64,000 nucleotides of DNA, taken from positions 7,867 through 71,866 of the forward strand of contig CAMVPB010000003.1 in NCBI GenBank assembly GCA_947169285.1. The letters are read 5' to 3'. The DNA is from an uncultured bacterium. Lineage in GTDB: Bacteria > Bacillota_I > Bacilli_A > RF39 > UBA660. Position numbers and translations under genes: made by a program. Under the pieces are notes generated by a model, which saw only the letters and a list, made by a program, of their open reading frames with translations, was not told the DNA's origin and made no database searches. Below, piece by piece: positions 51,172 to 61,461 of the stretch (position 1 is the stretch's first letter; each line of letters opens with the position of its first letter).

Positions 51172-52280
51172 TCTTCTTCACCTCCTTCTATTTTTTTATT
51201 TTCTTCTATTTTAACATTACTAATAGAATCAAATCTTTTTGATATTTTATTAGTTGTAATGTTAATGTCTTTAATATCATTAGTAACTGTATCAATACTT
51301 CTAGATAATTTATCCCATCTTACTCTATACTTATTAAATTCAATTCCTAATTTATTTAATTCTTCATGTATAACAGATGCATATTTATCTCTTTCTATTC
51401 CCATTAATACAGTTTGTATGATTGTTAATAAGCTTATTAATGTTGTAGGAGATGCTATCCAAACATTCTTCTTTTGAGAATACATTATTATATTTGGATG
51501 ATATGCATTAATTTCCGCAAATATTGCTTCAGCTGGTAAAAACATTATTGCTTGGTTTGATGTTTCACCTGGAATTATATACTTGCTACTTATTGCATCT
51601 ATATGTTTTTTAACATCATTTTCAAATTCTTTTTCTCTTTTAGTTCTTTCAATTTCACTAATTCCTTTTTCAATCATACTTTTATAATTTTCTAAAGGAA
51701 ATTTAGAATCAATCGCAATTGTTCCTAAAGGTTCTGGACCAAACAAAACAGAATCTGCTATAAATCCATTAGATAATGTATATTGTGTTTTATAAATCTT
51801 TTCATTATTTTCACCAAATACATTAGATAATATATGATATAAATTAACTTCACCAAATATACCTCTAGTTTTTTTATCAGTTAATATTCCTTGTAAAGAT
51901 ACTATATCACTACTTAAATTATCAATTTTCTTTTGAGCTTCATCTATTTTAGCAAGTCTCTCTAGCACATTATTAAATGTTTTATTAGTTCTTTCAAAAT
52001 TAACATCTAATCTTTCATTGACTTTATCGTTTATCAAATTTAATTTTTTTTCAATTCTATCGTTAAGTGATAAAAAGTCTTTTGTCAAATCATTAGAGAA
52101 ATTTAACTTAAATTCCCCTATTTCTTTAATAAGAGATGTTTCTATTTTACCAAGCCTTTCTGTTATATTGGTCTCATTAACATTTTTTCTTAAAGAAATT
52201 ATTAAATTTATTATTAATAATATTAAAACTAAAACTAATAATCCAATTACTACATATTTCATAAGTACCTCTGTATACAT
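51162..52280 (-). CDS. rmuC: DNA recombination protein RmuC
   Basis: N-terminal TM, coiled coil, and a C-terminal RmuC domain (AIDSKFPLENY ... IMFLPAEAIFAEI). Confidence 0.75.
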   Translation of the reverse strand: MYTEVLMKYVVIGLLVLVLILLIINLIISLRKNVNETNITERLGKIETSLIKEIGEFKLNFSNDLTKDFLSLNDRIEKKLNLINDKVNERLDVNFERTNKTFNNVLERLAKIDEAQKKIDNLSSDIVSLQGILTDKKTRGIFGEVNLYHILSNVFGENNEKIYKTQYTLSNGFIADSVLFGPEPLGTIAIDSKFPLENYKSMIEKGISEIERTKREKEFENDVKKHIDAISSKYIIPGETSNQAIMFLPAEAIFAEINAYHPNIIMYSQKKNVWIASPTTLISLLTIIQTVLMGIERDKYASVIHEELNKLGIEFNKYRVRWDKLSRSIDTVTNDIKDINITTNKISKRFDSISNVKIEENKKIEGGEEEWN

Positions 52281-52310
52281 TATACCATTTTTATTACATT
52301 TATTAAAGAC

Positions 52311-53387
52311 TCACATTGTAAATTTTTTTGCTTTTCTCATAGGCACTAATGAATTCGTATTATCTTTTACATATTGCTTTAAAAAGTTAATCTTATCTAA
52401 ATTATTATCAAATATCATATCTGCTAATTCAACCGCTTGTTCAAAAAAAGCCTTATGATAATTGTTAAAATAAATCTCTTCTTTTTTTCGTTTTAGTACT
52501 TTATCCATATCAAAATCACTTCTACTACAATACATTAGAAGTCTTGTAAAAAAATTAACATTATTCTGCCAAATAATTGGATTTAAGCATCCATTTGGAT
52601 TTCTAAATTCAATTGTACTAAATGGAATAACTTTATTTGTTAAAGTTACATTTTGAAAATTAACTGCATTAAGTCTATTATCTTTTAAAAAATGCAAAAT
52701 TATTTCTAAATCATAATCTTCTGCTAAAGATTTACAAACTTTTTTGAATTTTTCAGACATTATTTCACAATAACGTATTCTTGAATTAATATTTAGATAT
52801 TCATTAAATCCAAATCTAAATATTACATTTTCATAGCTAGACCACAAATTTAGAAAATTTATCCATGAAGTTTTATCTTTGCCAAGTATATTAGAGCCAA
52901 TATGAATATGTCCGGATGAATGAATAGATAGTTTTGCATATTTTTTTATAAAATCACACACTTTTTTTAAATCATACCAATACTCTTTTTTATCAATCAA
53001 AATTGGAGATGTAATTTCGCCTCCATTATCTAATGAAATGTCCTTATCAAAATTCCAGAAAAAAACTTCTTCTGGCAATATATTTGAATAATTATTTTGA
53101 TTTATTATTTCAAATGTTTTACTATGTTTTTTATAATTTTTTAGTTTTTCTACATTTTCATTATTAAAAAAAGTTGAAGGTAATAAAGATAGTTTACTAA
53201 ATAAGTTAAACATTTCATCATAAGATGTTTTTATATTTTCAAATTCTATTTCTAAACCAAAAGTAACATTACTATTTAAATTTAAATTATCTCTTAAAGA
53301 AAGCTTATATTCTTTTAACATTTCAATAATATCATTATATCCTATTTGAGACAGGTTATCATTATCTTCTAAATTTAAAAAAACCAT
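52311..53387 (-). CDS. Putative GS-like amidoligase (Amidoligase_2 family)
   Basis: Motifs appear in the family order: GLEIEFE, GGEITSPIL, SGHIHIG, TIEFRNPNG. Assigned by motif only. Confidence 0.45.
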   Translation of the reverse strand: MVFLNLEDNDNLSQIGYNDIIEMLKEYKLSLRDNLNLNSNVTFGLEIEFENIKTSYDEMFNLFSKLSLLPSTFFNNENVEKLKNYKKHSKTFEIINQNNYSNILPEEVFFWNFDKDISLDNGGEITSPILIDKKEYWYDLKKVCDFIKKYAKLSIHSSGHIHIGSNILGKDKTSWINFLNLWSSYENVIFRFGFNEYLNINSRIRYCEIMSEKFKKVCKSLAEDYDLEIILHFLKDNRLNAVNFQNVTLTNKVIPFSTIEFRNPNGCLNPIIWQNNVNFFTRLLMYCSRSDFDMDKVLKRKKEEIYFNNYHKAFFEQAVELADMIFDNNLDKINFLKQYVKDNTNSLVPMRKAKKFTM

Positions 53388-53432
53388 AATAAATCTCCAC
53401 TTTTAATAGAGCATATTATACCACAATAAAAA

Positions 53433-54002
53433 CTATAATTTAATAACTTTTTTAATAATTAATGAAATAACATAGGTTATTACAAGAATAATTACTATTT
53501 TTATTAAAATCATTGGATTTTTAAAACTTTCAACTAAGCTTGTACCAATATATCCCCAAAAATATACAAGTCCTATTTTACCTATTAATAAAGATAATAT
53601 AAATTTTCTTTTAGGCATATCAGAAAGACCTGCTGCAATATTTACTAAAAATGCTGGAGTAAAAGGAATTGCGATTATTACTGCAAATTCTGCAAATGAT
53701 ATATTATTAAATTTTATCATTAAACTATTTAACTTAACTCTATCTTTTGTAAGTCTTTGAAACCATCCTTGTACACCTTTTCTAAATAAGAAAAATGACA
53801 TTAAACATCCCAAAACAGTAAACACCCAAGAAATTATAAAACCTATAAGACTTCCATATGCTAAAAAGTTTATTGTTATAAATACTGCAAGTGGCATGAT
53901 AGGAAATATAGATTCAAATAAGATCAAAACGCATGACAAAATTGGGCCATATATCCCCATTGCATTTATAACACTATATATAAAATCGTTTATTGCTCCC
54001 AT
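53433..54002 (-). CDS. DedA/TVP38-family membrane protein
   Basis: Multi-TM; SNARE-associated/DedA-like core; 189 aa. Confidence 0.65.
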   Translation of the reverse strand: MGAINDFIYSVINAMGIYGPILSCVLILFESIFPIMPLAVFITINFLAYGSLIGFIISWVFTVLGCLMSFFLFRKGVQGWFQRLTKDRVKLNSLMIKFNNISFAEFAVIIAIPFTPAFLVNIAAGLSDMPKRKFILSLLIGKIGLVYFWGYIGTSLVESFKNPMILIKIVIILVITYVISLIIKKVIKL

Positions 54003-54035
54003 TTCAACCTCGTTATAATTATAATACTTTTTGCA

Positions 54036-54257
54036 TTATTTTTCTATATAATTTGCATCATACCCTAAATAACTAAGTACTGAAGTTACTCTTTTAGCAA
54101 GCCTTCCACTTTTGCAATAAAAATAATATGTATCTTTTTTATTTAAATAGTTTCTATAATTATTCATCAATTCATCATAAGGTATATTTATAGATCCGGG
54201 ATAATGCCATAAATTATATTCATTTCTATCTTGTATATCTATTATTATTTTACTCAT
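54036..54257 (-). CDS. Single-domain rhodanese-like protein
   Basis: Active-site loop YFYCKSGRLAK (Cys-X-X-G-X-R); 73 aa. Confidence 0.7.
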   Translation of the reverse strand: MSKIIIDIQDRNEYNLWHYPGSINIPYDELMNNYRNYLNKKDTYYFYCKSGRLAKRVTSVLSYLGYDANYIEK

Positions 54258-54379
54258 AGTATCACCTTTTATATACTATGAATTTTAATTATTTAGAGTA
54301 AATATATTTATATTATTTTTTTATAAAATTTTATAAATTTATTATTGACAAAATGACCTCTTTAGTATAGTATATAGAC

Positions 54380-54482
54380 TTACCAATTCACTTTTAGGCG
54401 AATTGGTGCTAGTATCACACTAGCCAACCCCTTTTTATTCTTTTTTCCGGATTGCTCTCAGGGGGAGCAATCCTTTTTTATT
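54380..54482 (+). ncRNA. Candidate small RNA or leader (promoter, three hairpins, intrinsic terminator) upstream of YhcG copy B
   Basis: TTGACA (54345-50), 17 nt, TAGTAT. Hairpins accaattc/gaattggt and gctagt/actagc. Terminator ggattgctc-tcaggg-ggagcaatcc followed by a T6 run. Confidence 0.35.
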
Positions 54483-54589
54483 TGGTATTTTTTCCAACAA
54501 AAAAAGTGTTTTAAATAAAAATTTACGATAATATATGTAGAGGATACTTTGAGTATCTTTTTTTATATTTTAGAAAGGAGGTAAAAATA

Positions 54590-55486
54590 ATGAACTATTA
54601 TGATGAAATAAAAAATATTTTAATTTCTAATGAAGCATACAAACAAGTTAAAGATTATTATAAAAATAGAAATGATTTAATGTCTTATTATAATGTTGGT
54701 AAATTATTATTGAAAGCTGGCAATAAATATGGTGAAAGTATTATTAAAAACTATTCTATTAAATTAACCAAAGAACTTGGTAAAGGTTATTCTTGGAGAA
54801 ATCTTTATAATATGAAAACATTTTACTCATTATTTAAAAATGAAGAAATTTTGCAGACATTGTCTGCAAAATTAGCATGGAGTCATTTTTGTGAACTATT
54901 TAAATTTGAAGATGTTAATAAAATTAATTATTATATTAGTATATCTATTAATCAAAATCTATCAGTTAGAGAACTTAGAAGAAGAATTAAATCAAAAGAA
55001 TATGAAAGATTAAGCGATGAAACTAAAAATAAACTAATTAACAAAGAGAATATATCTATTAAAGATAATTTATTAAATCCAATTATTATTAATTCCAATA
55101 ATAAAGATATTAATATATTTAATGAAAAAATATTAAAAGAATTAATTCTTAATGATATTTCTAGTTTTATGGAACAACTTGGTAATGGTTATTCTTTTAT
55201 AAAAGATGAATACCCTATTTTCTTAGGTGATAGATATAATTATATAGATTTATTATTATTTAATATTAATTTTAATTGTTATGTTTGTATTGAATTAAAA
55301 GTTACTGAACTTAAAAAAGATCATATTGGTCAAATACAAACATATATAAATTATATCGATTCTAATGTTAAATCTATATATCAAGATAAAATTATAGGTA
55401 TTATTATATGTAAAAAAGATAATAAATTTGTTATGGAATATTGTTCTGATGAAAGAATACTTAGAACTACTTACCAGTTAAATTAA
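54590..55486 (+). CDS. YhcG-like PD-(D/E)XK nuclease (DUF1016), paralog copy B
   Basis: 298 aa; the C-terminal half is nearly identical to copies A and C (RELRRRIKSKEYERLSDETKNKLINKENISIKDNLLNPIIINSNNKDI...). Confidence 0.65.
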   Translation: MNYYDEIKNILISNEAYKQVKDYYKNRNDLMSYYNVGKLLLKAGNKYGESIIKNYSIKLTKELGKGYSWRNLYNMKTFYSLFKNEEILQTLSAKLAWSHFCELFKFEDVNKINYYISISINQNLSVRELRRRIKSKEYERLSDETKNKLINKENISIKDNLLNPIIINSNNKDINIFNEKILKELILNDISSFMEQLGNGYSFIKDEYPIFLGDRYNYIDLLLFNINFNCYVCIELKVTELKKDHIGQIQTYINYIDSNVKSIYQDKIIGIIICKKDNKFVMEYCSDERILRTTYQLN

Positions 55487-55495
55487 AAAGTTAAG

Positions 55496-58400
55496 TTATT
55501 CACTTAACCTTTTATAATATTCATATCTTTCTTTAGCAGAATCTATATTTAATGTATATAATTCTTCATAAGCTTTTGGATTAGTTTTCTTTAAATTTTT
55601 ATATCTAAGTTCTTTTTCAAATATAGTTTCATATTTAGAAAAATCTGGTTCTTTTGAATCAATTGATAAAGCACTTTCTATTGGATTATATCTCATTAAA
55701 ATATTATATCCACTTTCTGCTAAGAGTTTTTCTTCATCAAGTGAATTTCTAAGTCCACCTGTTATACCATGAGAAATACATGGACTATAAGCTATTATCA
55801 AAGATGGACCTTTATGTTCATATGCTTCTTTAAATGCTTTTAAAGTTTGATTCATATTAGCACCCATAGAAATTGATGCAACATAAACATTTGGAATACT
55901 CATTGCAATCCTAAATAAATCTTTTTTATTTGTCTTTTTACCATTTGAAGAAAACTCTGCTACAGAAGCATATTTGGTAGACTTAGATGTTTGTCCTCCC
56001 GTATTTGAATAAACTTCAGTGTCAAGTACAAGTATATTTACATTTTCGTTTGAATGAAGTATATGATCAAGGCCACCATAACCTATATCATAAGCCCAAC
56101 CATCTCCTCCAACAATCCATACTGTTCTTGATGGTATATATGGAAGTAATCCTTTTAATTCATTAGGAATTTCATGGTTTTCTAATTCTTTTTTTACATT
56201 AGAAGTTATTTCAAAATCTTCCATATTGTCTATCCAAGTTTTATAGATATCTTTTACATCTTTATTTACAATGTCTTTTGTTTCATACATTAAATCTTTT
56301 ATCATTTCTCTTTTAGTTTTATAAGACATATAAAGTCCATAACCAAATTCGGCATTATCTTCAAATAGAGAACTTGCCCATGGTACCTTATAAGGAAGAC
56401 TTGGCAAAGAGCCTCCATATATTGAAGAGCATCCAGTTGCATTAGAAATAACTATTTCATCTTTATAAAGACTTGTAAGTATATTTAAGTATCCACTTTC
56501 ACCACATCCAGCACAAGCTCCACTAAATTCAAAACCAGTTTCTTTAAATCCTAAACCTTTAACAGTATATTTATTGAATTTAGTATCATTTTTAACATTT
56601 TTAAATAAATCTATACTTCTTAAACTTAACTTTTCATCAAAGTCACCAAACTCTAATGCTTTATTACCTCCTTTGCCAGGACAAGCACTTATACATAGTC
56701 CACAAGAAGTACAGTCACTTTCAGAAACACTTAAATAAAATCTTTTACCATTTTCTTCTCCAATACTTAATATTGTTTCATCTTCAGGTATATTATTAAA
56801 TTTCATATCATCTTCAGTAAGTGAAAATGGTCTTATAACTGCATGAGGACATATAAATGAACATTGATTACATTCTATACAATTTTCTTTTATCCATTTA
56901 GGTACTTTAGAAGATATTTTTCTTTTATCTGATGAAGATGTTCCACCATCAAACATACCATCTTTATGTTCTAAGAAATCAGATACTTTTATATTATTAG
57001 ATTTATTATTAATTTTACTATACAAATCATCATTTATTTCTTCATTTGAAGAATCAATTGCTAACATTTCTGTATCTACTTCATGACAATATTCAAATGC
57101 TGAATCTAATGATTCAATGTTATTCTTTATAACACTTTCTTCTTTATCTTTATATGCATTTAATATTATCTCTTTAAAGTTTTCATTATCTTCATTAGAG
57201 CATCCTAATATTTTAAGAATATATGTAGACATTACATTATTTATTTTTCCACCTAAATGATACTTTTCATCTATACTATTAGTATCACATACAAAGAATT
57301 TAATTTTTTTATCTTTAATAATTTTCTTAATATTACTTGGTATATAATCATTTAATTCATCAATACTTTTACTTGTTGATAATAAGAATATACCGCCTTT
57401 TTTAATACCTTCAAGCACATTAAACTTTTTTAAATAATTTTCTTTAGTAACTACTACTAGATTAGTAGATTCAGGATAATAGGGAGCATTTATAGGACTA
57501 TTATCTATCCTTAAATGACTAATAGTCACTCCACCACTCTTTTTAGAATCATATTCAAAATATCCTTGTACAAAAGTATCATCTTTTTTACCAAGTAATT
57601 TTAGTATATTCTTAGATGCACTTACCATTCCATCTGATCCAAAACCATATATTTTTATTTCTTTAAAATCTTTTGATAATTTAAATTCACATTTGGGTAA
57701 GCTTTTTAAAGTTACATCATCATTTATCCCAACAGAAAATTTATCCATGGGATTATTTTTATTCATATTATCATATACACTTTTTATATCAGATGGGTCA
57801 GTATTTTTAGAAGATAATCCATATATTCCATTATATATTTCAATATGTTCATCTTTTAATACTTCACATACATCTAAGTATAAAGGTGTACCTGTTCCAG
57901 AAAATTCTTTAGTTCTGTCCATTACTGTTATCTTAGTTACAGTTTTAGGTAATACTTTAAAGAAATATTCTTTAGAAAATGGTCTATATAAATGAACGTT
58001 AATAAGTCCAACTTCTTCTCCATTTTTATTCATTTCATCAACAACTAATTTAATAGTATCAGTTACACTTCCCATCGCAACTATTATGTGCTTAGCATGT
58101 TCATCTCCATAATAATTAAATGGTTTATAATTAGTATCAGCAATCAAATTAATATGTTCCATATATTTATTAACTATATCAGGAATAGCTTCATAGTATT
58201 TATTTCTAGCTTCAGTATTTTCAAAATAAACATCTTCTGTTTCACTAACACCTTTAGTAATACACTTACCTATATTTAAACTTTTATCTTTAAATTCTTT
58301 TACCTTATCCATATCTATTAAAGGTAAAATGTTCTCTTCTTTTAATATATTAATTTTATTAATTTCATGAGAAGTTCTAAATCCATCAAAAAAATGTAAA

Positions 58401-58921
58401 AAAGGTATACTAGATTTAATAGCACTTAAATGAGAAATTAATGACATATAATAAGCATCTTGTACATTAGAACTTGATAAAAATGCAAAACCTGTAGACC
58501 TAGTTGCATAAATATCTTGATGATCCCCAAATATAGATAAAGCATGAGTTGACAGGCTGCGTGCAGCAACATGTATAACAAGAGGTAACATTTCACCTGC
58601 TATTTTATACATAGAAGGAATCATTAAAAGTAGTCCTTGAGAAGCAGTAAAAGTTGTACTTAAACTACCAGTTGTTAAAGAGCCATGCACTAAAGCAGAA
58701 GCCCCTCCTTCACTTTGCATTTCAATAACTTTAACTTTTTCATTAAAAATATTTAATTTACCTTCACTACTCCATTTATCACAAAGAGTTGCCATTGGAG
58801 TTGCAGGAGTAATCGGATAAATACCTGCTATTTCAGTAAATAAATAAGCACCAGTCGCACATGCTTCATTACCATCCATAACTTTATAATTATTCATATC
58901 ATCACCATAATAATTATACAA
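55496..58921 (-). CDS. nifJ: Pyruvate:ferredoxin (flavodoxin) oxidoreductase; the start may be the internal Met at 58897
   Basis: About 1140 aa; PFOR domains I-VI; two 4Fe-4S Cys clusters (CIECNQCSFICPHA / CTSCGLCISACP); TPP-binding GGDGW. Confidence 0.93.
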   Translation of the reverse strand: MYNYYGDDMNNYKVMDGNEACATGAYLFTEIAGIYPITPATPMATLCDKWSSEGKLNIFNEKVKVIEMQSEGGASALVHGSLTTGSLSTTFTASQGLLLMIPSMYKIAGEMLPLVIHVAARSLSTHALSIFGDHQDIYATRSTGFAFLSSSNVQDAYYMSLISHLSAIKSSIPFLHFFDGFRTSHEINKINILKEENILPLIDMDKVKEFKDKSLNIGKCITKGVSETEDVYFENTEARNKYYEAIPDIVNKYMEHINLIADTNYKPFNYYGDEHAKHIIVAMGSVTDTIKLVVDEMNKNGEEVGLINVHLYRPFSKEYFFKVLPKTVTKITVMDRTKEFSGTGTPLYLDVCEVLKDEHIEIYNGIYGLSSKNTDPSDIKSVYDNMNKNNPMDKFSVGINDDVTLKSLPKCEFKLSKDFKEIKIYGFGSDGMVSASKNILKLLGKKDDTFVQGYFEYDSKKSGGVTISHLRIDNSPINAPYYPESTNLVVVTKENYLKKFNVLEGIKKGGIFLLSTSKSIDELNDYIPSNIKKIIKDKKIKFFVCDTNSIDEKYHLGGKINNVMSTYILKILGCSNEDNENFKEIILNAYKDKEESVIKNNIESLDSAFEYCHEVDTEMLAIDSSNEEINDDLYSKINNKSNNIKVSDFLEHKDGMFDGGTSSSDKRKISSKVPKWIKENCIECNQCSFICPHAVIRPFSLTEDDMKFNNIPEDETILSIGEENGKRFYLSVSESDCTSCGLCISACPGKGGNKALEFGDFDEKLSLRSIDLFKNVKNDTKFNKYTVKGLGFKETGFEFSGACAGCGESGYLNILTSLYKDEIVISNATGCSSIYGGSLPSLPYKVPWASSLFEDNAEFGYGLYMSYKTKREMIKDLMYETKDIVNKDVKDIYKTWIDNMEDFEITSNVKKELENHEIPNELKGLLPYIPSRTVWIVGGDGWAYDIGYGGLDHILHSNENVNILVLDTEVYSNTGGQTSKSTKYASVAEFSSNGKKTNKKDLFRIAMSIPNVYVASISMGANMNQTLKAFKEAYEHKGPSLIIAYSPCISHGITGGLRNSLDEEKLLAESGYNILMRYNPIESALSIDSKEPDFSKYETIFEKELRYKNLKKTNPKAYEELYTLNIDSAKERYEYYKRLSE

Positions 58922-58959
58922 TAAAAAAAGTTCTAATAAAAGAACTCATTTATGCTTTA

Positions 58960-59235
58960 TTAATTTCCTAATCCTTCCCATACTATGTTATTAGAATCAT
59001 TGTATCCATCAGTCCATCCCCATAGACCAGTCCCATATAATTCAAAATCACTTGACGATAATTTTTCTTTTATTGTTACTGAAGTTAATAAATTATTAGA
59101 AAATGCATAATTGCCTATTGATTCGATGCTATTTGGAATTGTTACTGAACTCAAGTAATTATACATAAACGCATTTTCATCTATTGTTCTAACACTATTT
59201 GGAATTACTACTGAAGTTAATGATTTTTCTTCCAT
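58960..59235 (-). pseudogene. Leucine-rich repeat (BspA-type LRR_5) protein fragment; likely a gene remnant driven by a duplicated promoter and leader
   Basis: 91 aa with IPNSV..I...AF LRR_5 repeats. It has no signal peptide and is too short for a functional LRR surface protein. The upstream 70 bp and the Met-Glu start are identical to the TasA-like gene at 46157. Confidence 0.45.
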
Positions 59236-59361
59236 GATAAAAACTCCTTATCTTATAAGTAAATATTACTATAAATTTGGGGTTTTATAAATGATTATTA
59301 TTTTTTTATTCAAAAAAAGTGTTTTGGAAAAAAACTAACGATAATATATATAGGAGGATTT

Positions 59362-60261
59362 ATGAACTACTATAATGAAATAAAAAATATATTAATATCT
59401 AATGAAGCTTATAAACAAGTTAAAGATTATTATAAAAATAGAAATGATTTAATGTCTTATTATAATGTTGGTAAATTGTTAATAGAGGCTCAGGGTGGCG
59501 AAGCAAGAGCTAAATATGGAGATAACTTAATTAAAGAGTATTCTATTAAATTAACAAAAGAATTGGGTAAAGGATATACCGTTAGTGAACTCAAAAGAAT
59601 GAGACAATTCTATGTGTTTCAAAAAGGTGCGACAGTGTCGCACCAATTAACATGGAGCCATTACATAGAGTTATTAAAGTTTAATGACGTTAATAAGATT
59701 AATTATTATATTAATATATCTTCTAATCAAAATCTATCAGTTAGAGAACTTAGAAGAAGAATTAAATCAAATGAATATGAAAGATTAAGTGATAAAACTA
59801 AAAATAAACTAATTAACAGAGAGAATATATCTATTAAAGATAATTTATTAAATCCAATTATTATTAATTCCAATAATAAAGATATTGATGTTTTTAATGA
59901 AAAGGCATTAAAAGAATTTATATTAAATGATATTTCTAATTTTATGAAACAACTTGGTAATGGTTACTCTTTTATAGATAGTGAATACCCTATTCTTTTA
60001 GGTGACAGATATAATTATATTGATTTATTACTTTTTAATTATATTTATAATTGTTTTATAGTTATTGAATTAAAAATAACTGAGCTTAAAAAAGAACATA
60101 TAGGTCAAATAGAGACTTATATGCACTTTATTGATTCTAATGTTAAATCTATATATCAAGATAATACTATTGGTATTATTATTTGTAAAAAAGATAATAA
60201 ATTTGTTATGGAATATTGCTCTGATGAAAGAATACTTAGAACTACTTATGAGTTAAATTAA
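59362..60261 (+). CDS. YhcG-like PD-(D/E)XK nuclease (DUF1016), paralog copy C
   Basis: 299 aa; shares long verbatim stretches with copy A (RELRRRIKSNEYERLSDKTKNKLINRENISIKDNLLNPIIINSNNKDID). Confidence 0.65.
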   Translation: MNYYNEIKNILISNEAYKQVKDYYKNRNDLMSYYNVGKLLIEAQGGEARAKYGDNLIKEYSIKLTKELGKGYTVSELKRMRQFYVFQKGATVSHQLTWSHYIELLKFNDVNKINYYINISSNQNLSVRELRRRIKSNEYERLSDKTKNKLINRENISIKDNLLNPIIINSNNKDIDVFNEKALKEFILNDISNFMKQLGNGYSFIDSEYPILLGDRYNYIDLLLFNYIYNCFIVIELKITELKKEHIGQIETYMHFIDSNVKSIYQDNTIGIIICKKDNKFVMEYCSDERILRTTYELN

Positions 60262-60271
60262 AAAGTTATCA

Positions 60272-60709
60272 TTATTTATGATAACTTTCATTATTTAATA
60301 TTTTAAATGATCTATATATTTGTTCTAAAAGCATCCCTCTAAATACTCCATGAGGAAATGTCATGTCTGAAAAAGATAATCTCAAATTACATTTATTTTT
60401 TACTTCTTCTGTAACTCCATTAGAAGCTCCTATTATAAATGTAATTGTTCCATAGCTATTTGAAAAAGTATTATCTATTAATTTTGAAAATTCTATTGAA
60501 TCATATTTTTTACCTTTAATATCTAATAATATATTAAAATCTTTTTCATTTAATTTATTTAATATTTCTTTACTTTCTATCTCTATATTACTATCTTTTA
60601 ATTCAATTATTTCTATTTTATGATAAGCGTTTATTCTGGTTTTATAATCATCTATAAAATCATTTAAATATTTTTCTTTTATTTTACCAACACATATTAT
60701 TTTAATCAT
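60272..60709 (-). CDS. rlmH: 23S rRNA (pseudouridine1915-N3)-methyltransferase RlmH (SPOUT)
   Basis: 145 aa; SPOUT/YbeA layout; conserved C-terminal R...E..YR motif. Confidence 0.8.
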   Translation of the reverse strand: MIKIICVGKIKEKYLNDFIDDYKTRINAYHKIEIIELKDSNIEIESKEILNKLNEKDFNILLDIKGKKYDSIEFSKLIDNTFSNSYGTITFIIGASNGVTEEVKNKCNLRLSFSDMTFPHGVFRGMLLEQIYRSFKILNNESYHK

Positions 60710-61460
60710 TAGATACCTCTACTGTTTCATATTGAGAAGCAGTTATTACTTCTTTTTTTATATTTGAATCTTTTAATATTTTATTAACAGTATTTAATGC
60801 AATTTCTGGTGTATTATTTTCTTCACTTAAGTGAGCAAGAACTATTTTTTTAGTATTATTGCCAACTAATTTCGATAAATAAGACCCAGCAAGTTCATTT
60901 GATAAATGTCCTTTATCTCCCCATATCCTTTGCTTTAAATACTGAGGATATTTTCCATTTATAAGCATATCTATGTCATGGTTACTTTCAAATATATAAT
61001 ATGTTTTATTTTTTATTTTGTTTAATATTCTTGTATTTATATAACCTGTATCTGTTATGTATACTAAAGATTCATCTTTGTAAGTTATTAAGTATCCACA
61101 TGAATCAGTTGCGTCATGAGATGTTTCTAAAGTTGTTATTAATATGTTATTTATTTTAAGTTCATCTTCTAAATATATTATATTTTCATATTTAAAATCA
61201 AAAAATTGATTAGCTATTTTTTTACTTATATAAACAAATGGTTTATAATTTTTTAAATATGTTTTAAGTCCATATATATGATCCGAATGATCATGAGTAA
61301 TTAATATATAATCTATTGTTAAAGGGTCAACATTTATATTATTTAATTTTTCTTTTAATACTCTATAAGAAAATCCAACATCTATTAGAATTTTTGTGTT
61401 TTCTATTTCTATTAATGTTGAATTTCCTTTAGAACCACTTCCCAATATAGTGATTTTCAT
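60702..61460 (-). CDS. MBL-fold metallo-hydrolase (YycJ/WalJ-like)
   Basis: HxHxDH (ITHDHSDH); 252 aa; lies next to the M23 peptidase, rlmH and dnaB. Confidence 0.7.
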   Translation of the reverse strand: MKITILGSGSKGNSTLIEIENTKILIDVGFSYRVLKEKLNNINVDPLTIDYILITHDHSDHIYGLKTYLKNYKPFVYISKKIANQFFDFKYENIIYLEDELKINNILITTLETSHDATDSCGYLITYKDESLVYITDTGYINTRILNKIKNKTYYIFESNHDIDMLINGKYPQYLKQRIWGDKGHLSNELAGSYLSKLVGNNTKKIVLAHLSEENNTPEIALNTVNKILKDSNIKKEVITASQYETVEVSND

Positions 61461-61461
61461 A

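Noticed and set aside
54380-54440. Possible tRNA in the hairpin-rich region upstream of YhcG copy B.
   Set aside because: No cloverleaf can be drawn. There is no T-loop GTTC(G/A)A motif and no acceptor-stem pairing. It was treated as an sRNA or leader candidate instead.
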